In this document: positions 1 through 9,160 of the stretch, piece after piece
Layout of the letters: every line of letters begins with the position of its first letter
Numbering within the stretch: position 1 is the first letter of the stretch
Assembly: GCA_041686025.1 (NCBI GenBank)
Contig: JAWLEP010000016.1
Span: forward strand, 1-24,700
DNA from: Candidatus Fermentibacteraceae bacterium
GTDB taxonomy: Bacteria; Fermentibacterota; Fermentibacteria; Fermentibacterales; JCC-6
DNA length: 24,700 nucleotides
Direction of reading: 5' to 3'
Program-made: the position numbers and the translations under genes
Notes under the pieces: generated by a model
What the model was told of the DNA's origin: nothing
Databases searched by the model: none
What the model saw: the letters and a program-made list of their open reading frames with translations, nothing else

Positions 1-647
1 AGGTCAACCACCTCCCCGGTCAGCGTGAAGATGATCCGCTCGCAGATGTTCACCACCCGGTCGCCCACCCGCTCGAGGTTGTGGGCCACCCAGATGAGCA
101 TCATGGCCTGCTCCAGGCGGTTGGGATCGGACATCACGTAGGTGAGGAGCTCACGGTGGATCTGGTCGTACAGCATGTCCACCTCTACGTCGCGGCCGGG
201 AATCTCGCGGGCGGTCCTCTCGTCCTTCTCCAGGAAGGACCGTATCGCTCCCTCCAGCATGGAGGTGGTTATCTCGCACATGCGGGGGACGTCCACCAGG
301 GGCTTTATCAGGGGCTGGCCGCCTATCCTCTCGCTTATCCTGGCGATGCCCTTGGCGTAGTCGGCTATGCGCTCCAGCTCGTTGGAGATCTGCAGCACGC
401 TGAACAGGAGCCTGAGGTCGCCGGCCACCGGCTGCTGGGTGGCGATGATGTTCAGGCAGGCCTCCTCCACCTCGTAGCAGTGGTAGTTGATCCGCTCGTC
501 GTTATCGATGAGCCCCCTGCCGCGCCGCATGTCCCTGGCCTTCAGCACCTCGACGGACTCCCGGACGGCCTCCACCGCCTCCCGGGACAGGGACAGCAGC
601 CGCTGCCTGACCTCGTTGAGCTCGCTTTCGAAAAGTTCCCGTCCCAT
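1..647 (-). CDS. phoU: Phosphate signalling protein PhoU (3' end runs off the window; absent from the ORF track)
   Basis: Manual translation from ATG at 647 (SD GGAGGAG at 651-657): MGRELFESELNEVRQRLL...EVEEACLNIIATQQPVAGDLR...ISNELERIADYAKGIA...VAHNLERVGDRVVNICERIIF. Two PhoU repeats; directly downstream of pstB. Confidence 0.96.
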   Translation of the reverse strand, partial: MGRELFESELNEVRQRLLSLSREAVEAVRESVEVLKARDMRRGRGLIDNDERINYHCYEVEEACLNIIATQQPVAGDLRLLFSVLQISNELERIADYAKGIARISERIGGQPLIKPLVDVPRMCEITTSMLEGAIRSFLEKDERTAREIPGRDVEVDMLYDQIHRELLTYVMSDPNRLEQAMMLIWVAHNLERVGDRVVNICERIIFTLTGEVVD

Positions 648-704
648 GGGCTCCTCCGATTTCAGTTTTTCCTGGCGGTCCGCTGCCGTAGGCCCTGCCG
701 AATA

Positions 705-1472
705 CTAACCGAAGCGGCCGGAGATGTAATCCTCGGTCCTCTTGTCCCGGGGCGTGGTGAATATCGCCTTCGTGGGCCCGAACTCTATCAGGTTCCCCGC
801 CCGCTGCTCGTCGGTGAGGAGGAACGCGGTGAAGTCGGAGACCCGGGCCGCCTGCTGCATGTTGTGGGTGACTATCACGATGGTGTAGTCCTTCTTCAGC
901 GCGGTTATCAGCTCCTCGATCTTCAGGGTGGCCACCGGATCCAGGGCGGAGGCGGGCTCGTCCATCAGGATGACCTCCGGCTTCACCGCCAGGGCGCGGG
1001 CGATGCACAGCCTCTGCTGCTGGCCGCCGGAGAGGGAGAGGCCCGACTTGCCCAGGTCGTCCTTGACCTCGTCCCAGAGGGCGGCGCTCCTGATGCTGGA
1101 CTCCACTATCTCCGCCAGCCTGTCCCTGTCCCGGGTGCCGTGTATGCGGGGGCCGTAGGCCACGTTGTCGAAGATGGACTTGGGGAAGGGGTTGGGCCGC
1201 TGGAAGACCATGCCGATGTTCTTGCGCAGCTCCACCACGTCCAGGTCGAAGATGTTCCTGCCGTCCAGGAGCACCCGGCCGGTGGTCCGGACCGAGGGAA
1301 TCAGCTCGTTCATCCGGTTGAAGCTCCGCAGGAAGGTGCTCTTCCCGCAGCCGGAGGGCCCGATGATGGCCGTAACCTGGTTCTCGGGGATGTCCACCGA
1401 GATGTCCTTAAGGGCCTGGAAGTCCCCGTAGTACAGGTTGTAGCTCTCTGTCCTCATCCTTGGTTCTGACAT
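705..1472 (-). CDS. pstB: Phosphate ABC transporter ATP-binding protein
   Basis: Walker [19 protein letters not shown], signature [16 protein letters not shown], Walker [24 protein letters not shown]-terminal EDYISGRFG. Confidence 0.98.
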   Translation of the reverse strand: MSEPRMRTESYNLYYGDFQALKDISVDIPENQVTAIIGPSGCGKSTFLRSFNRMNELIPSVRTTGRVLLDGRNIFDLDVVELRKNIGMVFQRPNPFPKSIFDNVAYGPRIHGTRDRDRLAEIVESSIRSAALWDEVKDDLGKSGLSLSGGQQQRLCIARALAVKPEVILMDEPASALDPVATLKIEELITALKKDYTIVIVTHNMQQAARVSDFTAFLLTDEQRAGNLIEFGPTKAIFTTPRDKRTEDYISGRFG

Positions 1473-1482
1473 GCTATCCTCT

Positions 1483-2352
1483 TCACTCGGCCGAGAGCTT
1501 CTTGGACACGGAGTTGATTATCAGGTTCAGCAACACGATCAGCGCCACCAGTACCGCGCCGGTGGCCATGGCCTTGTCGAACGCCCTGGTCTCCATGGCC
1601 AGGTAGTAGACGTGCAGGGCCATGGTTCGGCCGCTGGACATCAGTGACGTGGGAGTGCGGTAGCTGCCGCCCAGGGTCACGTAGAATATGGCTGTCTCGC
1701 TGACGATCCGGCCCACGCTGAGGATGACGCCGGTGGTGATGCCCGGAAGCGCGCTGGGCAGGATGACCTTCCGGATGGTCTCCCACCGGGAGGCACCCAG
1801 AGAGAGCGAGCCCTCGCGGTAGGAGTCCGGCACCGACTTCAGGGCCTCCTCGGTGGTCCGGATCACCACCGGGATCACCAGGCACACCCCCGCCAGGGCG
1901 GCGGCGATGATGGAGAAGCCCAGGTTCAGGGCGGTGACGAAGAGGGCGTACCCGAACAGCCCGAATATGATGGAGGGTACCCCGGCCAGGGTCTCCACTC
2001 CGAACCTGGCCACGGAGACCAGCTTCTGTATGGCCCCGCTCTTGATGTGCTGGGCGTACTCCACCAGGAACACCGCCGCCCCCACTCCCAGCGGGGTGGC
2101 AATGACGATGGTCACCAGGACCAGGTACAGTGTGGTCACTATGGTGGAGTAGATACCACCCTCTCCGGAGAGGCCGCCTCTGGGGGAGGTGGTGAAGAAA
2201 TCAAGGGTGATGTCCGAGAACCCCCGCACTATCACGTAACCCACCACGAACAGCATTATGGCCACGCTCACGGTGGCGGCCGTCCACAGCACGCCGTAGG
2301 CGAAGCTCTGCCTGAAGCGTCTGAAGCCCAGCGAGCAGAGGAAGGCCGTCAC
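1483..2352 (-). CDS. pstA: Phosphate ABC transporter permease PstA (start moved to GTG 2352)
   Basis: [54 protein letters not shown] at 2352 overlaps the pstC stop (GTGA); the ORF-track extension to 2682 lies inside pstC. Confidence 0.95.
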   Translation of the reverse strand: MTAFLCSLGFRRFRQSFAYGVLWTAATVSVAIMLFVVGYVIVRGFSDITLDFFTTSPRGGLSGEGGIYSTIVTTLYLVLVTIVIATPLGVGAAVFLVEYAQHIKSGAIQKLVSVARFGVETLAGVPSIIFGLFGYALFVTALNLGFSIIAAALAGVCLVIPVVIRTTEEALKSVPDSYREGSLSLGASRWETIRKVILPSALPGITTGVILSVGRIVSETAIFYVTLGGSYRTPTSLMSSGRTMALHVYYLAMETRAFDKAMATGAVLVALIVLLNLIINSVSKKLSAE

Positions 2353-3239
2353 TTGTAGCTCCTGTTGCTGATGAGGAACCTCGCCGAGCTGTTCACCAGC
2401 ATTATCAGCACGAAGAGGACCACGCCGGTGGCGAACAGGGCGTTGGCGTGGATGCCCGTGGCATAGGCGATCTCCACGGCGATGTTCCCGGTGAGGGTGC
2501 GGGCCCGGCTGAGGAATATGGTCAGCGGGTTGCCGCCGGTGGCCGCCGGCATCACCACCGAGTTTCCTATCACCATTATCATGGCGATGGTCTCGCCCAG
2601 GGCCCTGCCCAGGCCCAGGACCACGGCGGAGAGTATCCCCGACCGCGCCGAGGGGAGAACGACCTTTCGAATGGTCTCCCATCTGGTGGCTCCCATGGCC
2701 AGCGATCCCTCCCGGAAGGACCTGGGGACGTTCCGTATGGCGTTCTCGGAGACGCTGGCGATGGTGGGGAGGATCATGATGGCCAGGACGACCGACGCCG
2801 CCAGCAGGCCGTAGCCGCTGTTGCCCGGGGCCGGGATCTTCCGCACCAGCGGAACCAGCACCACCATGCCGAACAGCCCGTAGACCACCGAGGGTATTCC
2901 CGCCAGCAGCTCGATGGAGGGCTTCACGAATGCCTTTACCTTCTGCGGCGCTATCTCGGCCAGGAAGATGGCCGACCCCAGGGCCAGGGGAACGCCCAGG
3001 ACCACGGCCCCCACGGTAACCAGGCCCGAGCCCACTATCATGGCCAGTATGCCGTACTGCTCCTGGCCGGGACGCCAGGTGGTTCTGGTGAGAAGGTCGC
3101 CGAGGCCGATCTCACGGAAGGCCGGCATGCCCTCCTTGAGCGTGAAGATTCCAATCATGAGGACGATCGTGATCGATGTCAGGGCTGATACGAGCAGAAC
3201 GTACTTCATGACGGTCTCAACCGTGTTCTTTCGGGTCAT
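2349..3239 (-). CDS. pstC: Phosphate ABC transporter permease PstC
   Basis: ELLAGIPSVVYGLFG, MILPTIAS, REGSLAMGATRWETI, GRALGETIA, LFATGVVLF. Confidence 0.96.
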   Translation of the reverse strand: MTRKNTVETVMKYVLLVSALTSITIVLMIGIFTLKEGMPAFREIGLGDLLTRTTWRPGQEQYGILAMIVGSGLVTVGAVVLGVPLALGSAIFLAEIAPQKVKAFVKPSIELLAGIPSVVYGLFGMVVLVPLVRKIPAPGNSGYGLLAASVVLAIMILPTIASVSENAIRNVPRSFREGSLAMGATRWETIRKVVLPSARSGILSAVVLGLGRALGETIAMIMVIGNSVVMPAATGGNPLTIFLSRARTLTGNIAVEIAYATGIHANALFATGVVLFVLIMLVNSSARFLISNRSYK

Positions 3240-3291
3240 TGCCGGCCTTCCGCCGACCCCGCGCAGCGGGGCCAGTCCGTTACTGTGTGTC

Positions 3292-4092
3292 CTACCTGAC
3301 GGCTATGTAGCCCTCGTCTTCGACGATGGCCTGGCCGTCGGCGCTCAGGGCGAACTCGAGAAACTCCGCCACCATCCCGGCGGGCTCTCCGTCGGTGATC
3401 ATGTTCAGGGGCCTGACCACGGGATAGGTGCCGTTGGATGCGTTATCCACCGTGGCCTCCACGCCGTCGATGGCGATGGCCTTCACCTGGTCGTCCAGGT
3501 AGCCGAAGGAGAGGAAGCCGATGCAGTCGGGGGTGGTGCTCACCGCGGTGCGGACGGCGCCGTTGGAGGGAAGGAGCATGGCGCCGGCGCAGATCAGATC
3601 CTCGTCCATAACCATGTCCTCGAAGGCGGCGCGGGTGCCGGAGCCCTCCTCACGGGCGATGACGGTGATCATCCGGTCGGGGCCGCCCAGCTCGCTCCAG
3701 CTGGTGATCCGGCCGGCGAAGATGGCGCGGGCCTCCTCGAGGGTGAGGCCGTCGACGGGAACGTCCGGGTGGGTGACTATGGCTATGCCGTCCCGGGCCA
3801 CTGTATGGACCACTATGCCCGGGTACGCCTCGAACTCGGAGTCCTTCACCTCGCGGGAGGCGTTTCCGATGTCGGCGGTGCCGTTTACGGCGGAGCGGAC
3901 GCCCACGCTGCTGCCTCCGCCCTGGACGATTATGCGCACGCCGTCATGGTTGGCCTCGAAGGCCTCGCCGAAGAGCTCGGCCAGGGGCTGCACCGTGGTG
4001 GAGCCGGCGATGTTGATGTCCTCGGCCGACACGGCCTGCAGGCCGCCTGCGGCCAGTACGATCAGAGCTGTCAGAGCCAGCCTGTAAACCAT
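3292..4092 (-). CDS. pstS: Phosphate-binding protein PstS, soluble copy (SPase I-type signal peptide)
   Basis: GSTTVQP, GGGSSVG, DIGNASR, REEGSGTRAAF, YPVVRPL. N-terminus MVYRLALTALIVLAAGGLQAVSA|ED has no lipobox Cys. Confidence 0.92.
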   Translation of the reverse strand: MVYRLALTALIVLAAGGLQAVSAEDINIAGSTTVQPLAELFGEAFEANHDGVRIIVQGGGSSVGVRSAVNGTADIGNASREVKDSEFEAYPGIVVHTVARDGIAIVTHPDVPVDGLTLEEARAIFAGRITSWSELGGPDRMITVIAREEGSGTRAAFEDMVMDEDLICAGAMLLPSNGAVRTAVSTTPDCIGFLSFGYLDDQVKAIAIDGVEATVDNASNGTYPVVRPLNMITDGEPAGMVAEFLEFALSADGQAIVEDEGYIAVR

Positions 4093-4590
4093 CTGGTCCT
4101 TCCTTTCGGTGGGGATTGTCCGGCGACCTGCGGGTCACCGGAAGATCTGTGTGGCCACTACCCTCTGTGAGTCCTCGGGGCGGCTGCGGGGAGGGGGTCC
4201 GCAGCCGCCCTTTGCCGCCCTTGCGTGGTGTCAGTCGACGGGCAGGTATCCTTCCTCGGCCACTATGGCCTGTCCCTCCTCACCCATGATGAACTCCAGC
4301 CACTCGGCGGCCACACCGGCCGGCTCGCCGTCGGTTATCATGTTGAGGGGACGGACGATGGAGTAATCGCCGGAGGCGGCGTTCTCCTCCGTGGGGGGTA
4401 CGCCGTCTACCTTGATCGGCTGGACTGAATCGTCGAGGTAGCCGAAGCTCAGGTAGGCGATGGCGCTGGGGGTGGTGCTGACGGTGGTCCTCACCGCGCC
4501 GTTGCTGGGCTGCAGTATGGCCTGGCCGTGGATGAGGGCATCGCCCATGACCATGTCCTCGAAGGCGGCGCGGGTGCCGGAGCCCTCCTC
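3611..4590. repeat. Direct repeats shared by the pstS paralogs: 41 bp identical at 3611-3651 and 4550-4590; 19 bp identical at 3691-3709 and 4630-4648
   Basis: accatgtcctcgaaggcggcgcgggtgccggagccctcctc occurs in both genes, as does ctcgctccagctggtgatc. Confidence 0.9.
4178..4210 (-). terminator. 12-bp GC stem-loop after the first pstS (partial terminator or mRNA stabiliser)
   Basis: gggcggctgcgg (4178-4189) pairs perfectly with ccgcagccgccc (4199-4210), 9-nt loop, 20 nt after the pstS stop. No U-tract on the minus strand. Confidence 0.5.
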
Positions 4591-5112
4591 GCGGGAGACG
4601 ACCACGATCTCTCCATCCTGTCCTCCGACCTCGCTCCAGCTGGTGATCTCACCGGAGAAGATGCCGCGGATCTGCTCGGCGCTCATGTCGTCCACGGTTA
4701 CGTCGGGGTGGGCCACCACGGCGATGCCGTCGCGGGCGATGACGTGGACTGAGATGTTCGGGTACTCCTCGAACTCCGATTCCTTGACCACCCTGGAGGC
4801 CATGCCGATGTCGGCCGAGCCTTCACCGGCGGACTTCACGCCCACGCTGCTTCCGCCGCCGCCCACGTTGATGCGGACCTCCCCGTGCAGGGCCTCGAAG
4901 CCCTCCGCCAGTCTCTCGGCCAGCGGCTGGACGGTGGTGGATCCCTGGACGTTGAGCTCTCCGCTCAGGACCTCTTCCTGCGTCTCCCGGCCTCCCTCGG
5001 CGGTCTCGCCGCCTTCTTCAGCGGGCTCCCCGGACTCGCCGCATCCGGCGGCGAAGACCAGGCCCGCCGCCATGGCGATGCCCAGCATTCTCATGGTCAG
5101 GCTGTTCCTCAT
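4231..5112 (-). CDS. pstS: Phosphate-binding protein PstS, lipoprotein copy
   Basis: Same PstS motifs (GSTTVQP, GGGSSVG, DIGMASR, REEGSGTRAAF); lipobox FAAG-C followed by an acidic linker; SD GAGGAGG upstream. Confidence 0.93.
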   Translation of the reverse strand: MRNSLTMRMLGIAMAAGLVFAAGCGESGEPAEEGGETAEGGRETQEEVLSGELNVQGSTTVQPLAERLAEGFEALHGEVRINVGGGGSSVGVKSAGEGSADIGMASRVVKESEFEEYPNISVHVIARDGIAVVAHPDVTVDDMSAEQIRGIFSGEITSWSEVGGQDGEIVVVSREEGSGTRAAFEDMVMGDALIHGQAILQPSNGAVRTTVSTTPSAIAYLSFGYLDDSVQPIKVDGVPPTEENAASGDYSIVRPLNMITDGEPAGVAAEWLEFIMGEEGQAIVAEEGYLPVD

Positions 5113-5274
5113 CTTTCCTCCTCTGGAATCTGCCAGCCGCCGCGTCGCAGTGTTCCCTCCGCCTGTCGACGGGCGCCTGTCACGGAAATCTCTTCAGTCG
5201 GCGCGGGACCGTCTCCTGCCCGGCCCGCTTCGGCCTCCGCGGCAAGCGGCCGCGGCGGGACCTGGATCGACGGT

Positions 5275-5328
5275 AGTATCCCGGAGGGTGATTAAGCCGC
5301 TATTGGAGATCTGTTAAGGGGGTGTTAA
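5275..5328 (-). promoter_or_regulatory. Pho box (four hexamers at 11-bp period) with a probable -10 for the pst operon
   Basis: Minus strand TTAACA-ccccc-TTAACA-gatct-CCAATA-gcggc-TTAATC (5328 to 5290), then GATACT (5280-5275). Matches the TT(A/T/C)ACA direct-repeat Pho box pattern; AT-rich island in GC-rich DNA. Confidence 0.8.
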
Positions 5329-7059
5329 CTACTCTTTCCAGACGGGGACGGCGAAGCTGAAGATCGAGCCTGCGCCGGGGGAGCTTCCCACCTTTACCCA
5401 GCCACCGTGGAGAGTGACTATGTGCTTGACGATGGCCAGCCCGAGTCCGGTGCCCCCGGTCCTTCGCGAACGGGCCCTGTCCACCACGTAGAACCGCTCG
5501 AAGAGGCGGGACTGGTGCTCCGGCGCTATCCCCGGGCCGGTATCGGCCACGGCGGAGACCAGGAAGTCCCCCCGCCGCTGGCAACGGACGGTTACGCTGC
5601 CGCTCTCGGTGTACTTGATGGCGTTGTCGATCAGGTTGATGTAAACCTGCTCCAGCCTGAAGGCGTCGGCCTTTGCCGGGGGAAGGGGCCTGCGGAGCTC
5701 CATCCGGAGGGCGAGGCCCTTCTCCCGTGCACGCTCGGTGAAGATGGGCACCAGCGACTCCAGCAGTTTCGGCACGCTCACCGGGCCCACCTCCAGGCGG
5801 GCGGCGGTATCCTCCATCTCCGAGAGGGTCTGCACGTCCTTCACCAGGTTGATGAGCCGGTCCGTGTTGCGGAGGATGGTGGAGAGGTAGCGCCTGTCAT
5901 CCCCCTTGGCGTGCTCCAGTAGGGTCTCCGCAAAACCCTTGATGGCGGTCAGCGGCGTTCGCAGCTCGTGGGAGACGTTTACGGCGAAGTCCCTCTTGAT
6001 GCGGGCCAGGTTGGCCATCTCGGTGACGTCGCGGAAGGTGAAGACCAGCTGGTCGGTATCCCCCACCGGAGCGCAGGAGGCGGCCCAGCACCGGGGGCCC
6101 ACCTCCATCCTTCCCGACTCCCTCCTCCCCTCCAGCGCCGCCCCCATGAAGTCCTGGACCTCCGCCTCGCTTACGGCCTGGCGATAGTCCCTTCCCACCG
6201 GGTCCCCGGCGCAGGCCAGCTCGGTGAAGGCCTCGTTGGCCTCCATGACCAGGCCGCTGCGGCGCACCACCACCAGACCCTCGGCGATGGAGGAGAGGAC
6301 GGCCCGGCTGCGGTCCTTCTCGGCGGTGAGGTCGCCGATGAGCTCGTGGGTGCGGGCTATCATGTCGTTGAGGGACGTGGAGAGGCCGTCCAGCTCCCGA
6401 ATCCCCGAGGGTGCGGCCCGGGCGCCGAAGTCGCCCTCCCGCACCCTGCGGGCCACCTCCGCCATGCGCCGTATGGGCCTGGTGATGTTGCCCGAGAGCA
6501 CCCAGGCCACCAGCAGGCCGGCCACCAGGACGGACCCGGCTATGGCCAGGATGTTCAGACCCACGTCCTGCATGGTCTCCCGAAGGTCGGCGAAGAACAG
6601 GCTGGTGCGCACCACGGCCGGTATGGAGTCCCCCACCCTGATGGGAACGGCGGCGTACAGCATGTCCCGCCCCAGGGTGGCGCTGCGGCGGAAGTCGATG
6701 CCGGGCTCGCCCCGAAAGGCCCGGATCACCTCCACCCGGGTCCGGTGGTTCTCCATGGTGTCCGGCTCGGCCCGGGAGTCCGCCAGCACCAGGCCCTCGC
6801 GGTCGATGACGGTTATGCGCATGTCCATGAGCCCGCCCAGGCGGGAGGCCATCTCCGCCATCCGCCCGAAGGCGGAGTCCACCAGCAGGGGCTGGAACGC
6901 AGCCTCCAGGGCGTAGGCGGTTCTGGAGAGCTGGCTGTAGGCGGAGCCGGTGAAGCGGCTGCGGACGGTCCTGAACAGCAGCAGGGGGGTGAGGGCCGAC
7001 AGCAGGAGGACCACTATCGCGTAGCCCCTGAAGGTGCGGAAGAATATTCCCCTCCTCAC
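5329..7059 (-). CDS. phoR: Phosphate regulon sensor histidine kinase (2 TM, extracytoplasmic domain, HAMP, PAS-like, HisKA, HATPase)
   Basis: H-box NVSHELRTPLTAIKG, N-box NLIDNAIKY, G1 DTGPGI, F-box LFERFY, G2 GGTGLGLAIVKH. DSR...MENHRTRVEV segment typical of PhoR; sits next to pst genes. Confidence 0.93.
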   Translation of the reverse strand: MRRGIFFRTFRGYAIVVLLLSALTPLLLFRTVRSRFTGSAYSQLSRTAYALEAAFQPLLVDSAFGRMAEMASRLGGLMDMRITVIDREGLVLADSRAEPDTMENHRTRVEVIRAFRGEPGIDFRRSATLGRDMLYAAVPIRVGDSIPAVVRTSLFFADLRETMQDVGLNILAIAGSVLVAGLLVAWVLSGNITRPIRRMAEVARRVREGDFGARAAPSGIRELDGLSTSLNDMIARTHELIGDLTAEKDRSRAVLSSIAEGLVVVRRSGLVMEANEAFTELACAGDPVGRDYRQAVSEAEVQDFMGAALEGRRESGRMEVGPRCWAASCAPVGDTDQLVFTFRDVTEMANLARIKRDFAVNVSHELRTPLTAIKGFAETLLEHAKGDDRRYLSTILRNTDRLINLVKDVQTLSEMEDTAARLEVGPVSVPKLLESLVPIFTERAREKGLALRMELRRPLPPAKADAFRLEQVYINLIDNAIKYTESGSVTVRCQRRGDFLVSAVADTGPGIAPEHQSRLFERFYVVDRARSRRTGGTGLGLAIVKHIVTLHGGWVKVGSSPGAGSIFSFAVPVWKE

Positions 7060-7068
7060 CGGGGCTTC

Positions 7069-7779
7069 CTACTCCCTGGGGTCCAGCTTGTAGCCCACCC
7101 CGCGGACGTTCTGGATCATCCCGGCGGCGTCGCCCAGCTTCTCGCGTATGTGGCGGATGTGTACGTCGATGGTGCGCTCGAAGACGAACTTCTCACCCTC
7201 CCACAGGATCTCCAGCAGCCTGGACCGGGAGTAGACGCGGCCCCGCCCCTCAGCCAGCACCTTCAGTATCCGGAACTCCGTGGGGGTGAGGCTGACCTCC
7301 CGGCCGTCCACGGTGGTGGTGTAGCGCTCCACGTCCAGCCGTATCCTGCCGGCGACGCTGATGACGCTTTCCTCCCGGCCGGCGGCCTCGCTTCTGCGCA
7401 GAACGGCCCTCACCCTGGCCACCAGCTCCCGGGGCGAGAAGGGCTTGGTGAGGTAGTCGTCGGCCCCCAGCTCCAGGCCCAGGACCCGGTCGGTCTCCTC
7501 GCCCAGGGCGGTGAGCATGATCACCGGCAGGCGGGCCAGGCCGTCGTCCTCGCGTATGCGGCGGCAGACGTCGGTGCCGTGGTGGTCGGGCAGCATGAGG
7601 TCCAGGACCACCAGGTCGGGGACGGAGGCCCTCAGCGAATCCAGGAAGCTTCCGGCGTCGGGGAACCCGTCCACCGCGAATCCGGCCCGGCTGAGGTGCA
7701 GCTCCACCAGGTCCAGTATGTCCGGCTCGTCGTCCACGACGGCTATCCTTCGCCGCTCCCTGCCCGCCTCTGAGCTCAT
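7069..7779 (-). CDS. phoB: OmpR-family response regulator PhoB/PhoP (start moved to ATG 7779)
   Basis: VVDDEP, LDLMLP (phospho-Asp), MLTA, GADDYLTKPFSPRELVARV, winged helix RTIDVHIRHIREKL...VRGVGY; GGAGG upstream of 7779. Confidence 0.9.
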   Translation of the reverse strand: MSSEAGRERRRIAVVDDEPDILDLVELHLSRAGFAVDGFPDAGSFLDSLRASVPDLVVLDLMLPDHHGTDVCRRIREDDGLARLPVIMLTALGEETDRVLGLELGADDYLTKPFSPRELVARVRAVLRRSEAAGREESVISVAGRIRLDVERYTTTVDGREVSLTPTEFRILKVLAEGRGRVYSRSRLLEILWEGEKFVFERTIDVHIRHIREKLGDAAGMIQNVRGVGYKLDPRE

Positions 7780-7885
7780 CCGGCCAGGCCTCCGTTCGGG
7801 GGGTGGGTTCTCCCGATGATCCCATCGCGTCCATAGATGTATACGTAGAGAAGCCGCGGCCATCCAGACGGTGCCCGGAAGCGCG

Positions 7886-9160
7886 CTAGCCGTCGCCCCT
7901 GTGCCTGCGGATCAGGTACAGCTGCCGGCCGGCCTGCCGCAGGACCCCGCGCCAGTAGCCGCCCAGCTCCCGGTCGCGGTCTATCCGGCGAAGGTAGGTG
8001 AGCACCAGAATCCACAGAAGCGACAGCAGGAAAGCGGCCAGGACGTGGGTGATCACGATCCTCGACCGGTAGGGCTCGCTGCGCTCGAAGCGGGGGGTGG
8101 GAGGCACCACCACCTCCAGGGTGGGGCTCTCCTTGAGCTCCTGGACCTTCAGCTGCTCCAGCTGCTGACGCAGCAGGGTGACGGTAACCGTCCTGGTCTC
8201 CATCTCCAGGAACAGCTCCTCGTAGCGCCGGATCATCTGCGGCATCCCCTCCATGCCGGGGAACACGCTGAGGGAATCGCCCTCGGTAAGGCGCCGCTCC
8301 AGGTAGTCCCGCAGGAAGTTGACCCTCCTCTGGGCCTCCCTGTACAGGGGGTTCTGGGGGGACACCGAGCCCCGCAGGGCCGCCAGCTCGGTCTCGGCGC
8401 TTATCAGGTCCAGCTCCGCTCCGGCCAGCAGCTCCACCGCCTGCTCGGCCTGGGTCTCGGGGTAGTAGACGCCGGTCTCCGCCCGGAACTCCTCCATCCG
8501 CCGCTGCACCGCCGCCAGGGAGTCCGTCTGCAGGCGCAGGGCCTTCTGGGTCTCTATCCGGGCCCTGCGGGCCCGGCTGGTGATCATCTGCGAGAGCTCC
8601 TCGTTGGCGATACTGATCCACCTGCTCACCAGCAGGGCCGCGTCCTCCCGGCTGCTGGCCATGCCCGACAGCTCTACGAAGCCCTGGTCGGTCATGGTGG
8701 CCGACACCACGGTGCCGAACTCCTCCAGGGCCATGTCGGTGCTGTAATCCGAGTCGTGCTCCTCCATGTAGCCGGTCTCCAGCATCAGCCTCTCCAGCAC
8801 GGGCCTGGAGCTGAGCACCGTCATGGCCACCGTGATGTCCGGCCCGCTGGGCACCCCCATGGCCGACATGCCCACCTCCGCCAGGCCGGAGGCGCTCTGG
8901 GGAAGGAGCTCTCCCGCCATCTCCTCCAGCCCCATGGAGGAGGAGGCGGCTCCCGGCACCATCAGGAGCGCCGAGGAGGAGAACCAGATGTCCCGGGTGA
9001 GGGCGTAGATGGAGCTGGCCACCAGCACCAGCAGGCAGAGGACGGCGATCCTGCGCAGGTTGGCGGCCACGGTGGCTATGGTCTCGCCCAGCAGGCTGTC
9101 CGGCAGGGACTTCCCGCCGCCGCGCTCCGTTCGCTCGCTTTCCACTTCGTTCCCGTCCAT
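7886..9160 (-). CDS. Polysaccharide co-polymerase / chain-length determinant (Wzz/GumC-like, no kinase domain)
   Basis: N-terminal TM, VLSSRPVLERL, coiled-coil region, SPQNP motif, VVVPPTPRFERSEPYRSRI before a C-terminal TM. ATG 9160 overlaps the upstream stop (TGATG). Confidence 0.82.
   Translation of the reverse strand: MDGNEVESERTERGGGKSLPDSLLGETIATVAANLRRIAVLCLLVLVASSIYALTRDIWFSSSALLMVPGAASSSMGLEEMAGELLPQSASGLAEVGMSAMGVPSGPDITVAMTVLSSRPVLERLMLETGYMEEHDSDYSTDMALEEFGTVVSATMTDQGFVELSGMASSREDAALLVSRWISIANEELSQMITSRARRARIETQKALRLQTDSLAAVQRRMEEFRAETGVYYPETQAEQAVELLAGAELDLISAETELAALRGSVSPQNPLYREAQRRVNFLRDYLERRLTEGDSLSVFPGMEGMPQMIRRYEELFLEMETRTVTVTLLRQQLEQLKVQELKESPTLEVVVPPTPRFERSEPYRSRIVITHVLAAFLLSLLWILVLTYLRRIDRDRELGGYWRGVLRQAGRQLYLIRRHRGDG

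Noticed and set aside
4143..4171. CACA/ACAGATCT words upstream of the second pstS (and CACACAG before pstC) as degenerate Pho boxes
   Set aside because: Spacing is 18 rather than 11 or 22 nt, and the 7-8 nt matches are within chance.
5160..5181. cgcctgtc direct repeat resembling the E. coli CTGTCA Pho box
   Set aside because: 14-bp spacing, opposite orientation, and located downstream of the better-supported box.
7780..7885. Autoregulatory Pho box or terminator upstream of phoB
   Set aside because: Only a single TATACA with no 11-bp partner, and no convincing terminator. A weak promoter or readthrough is possible but unsupported.
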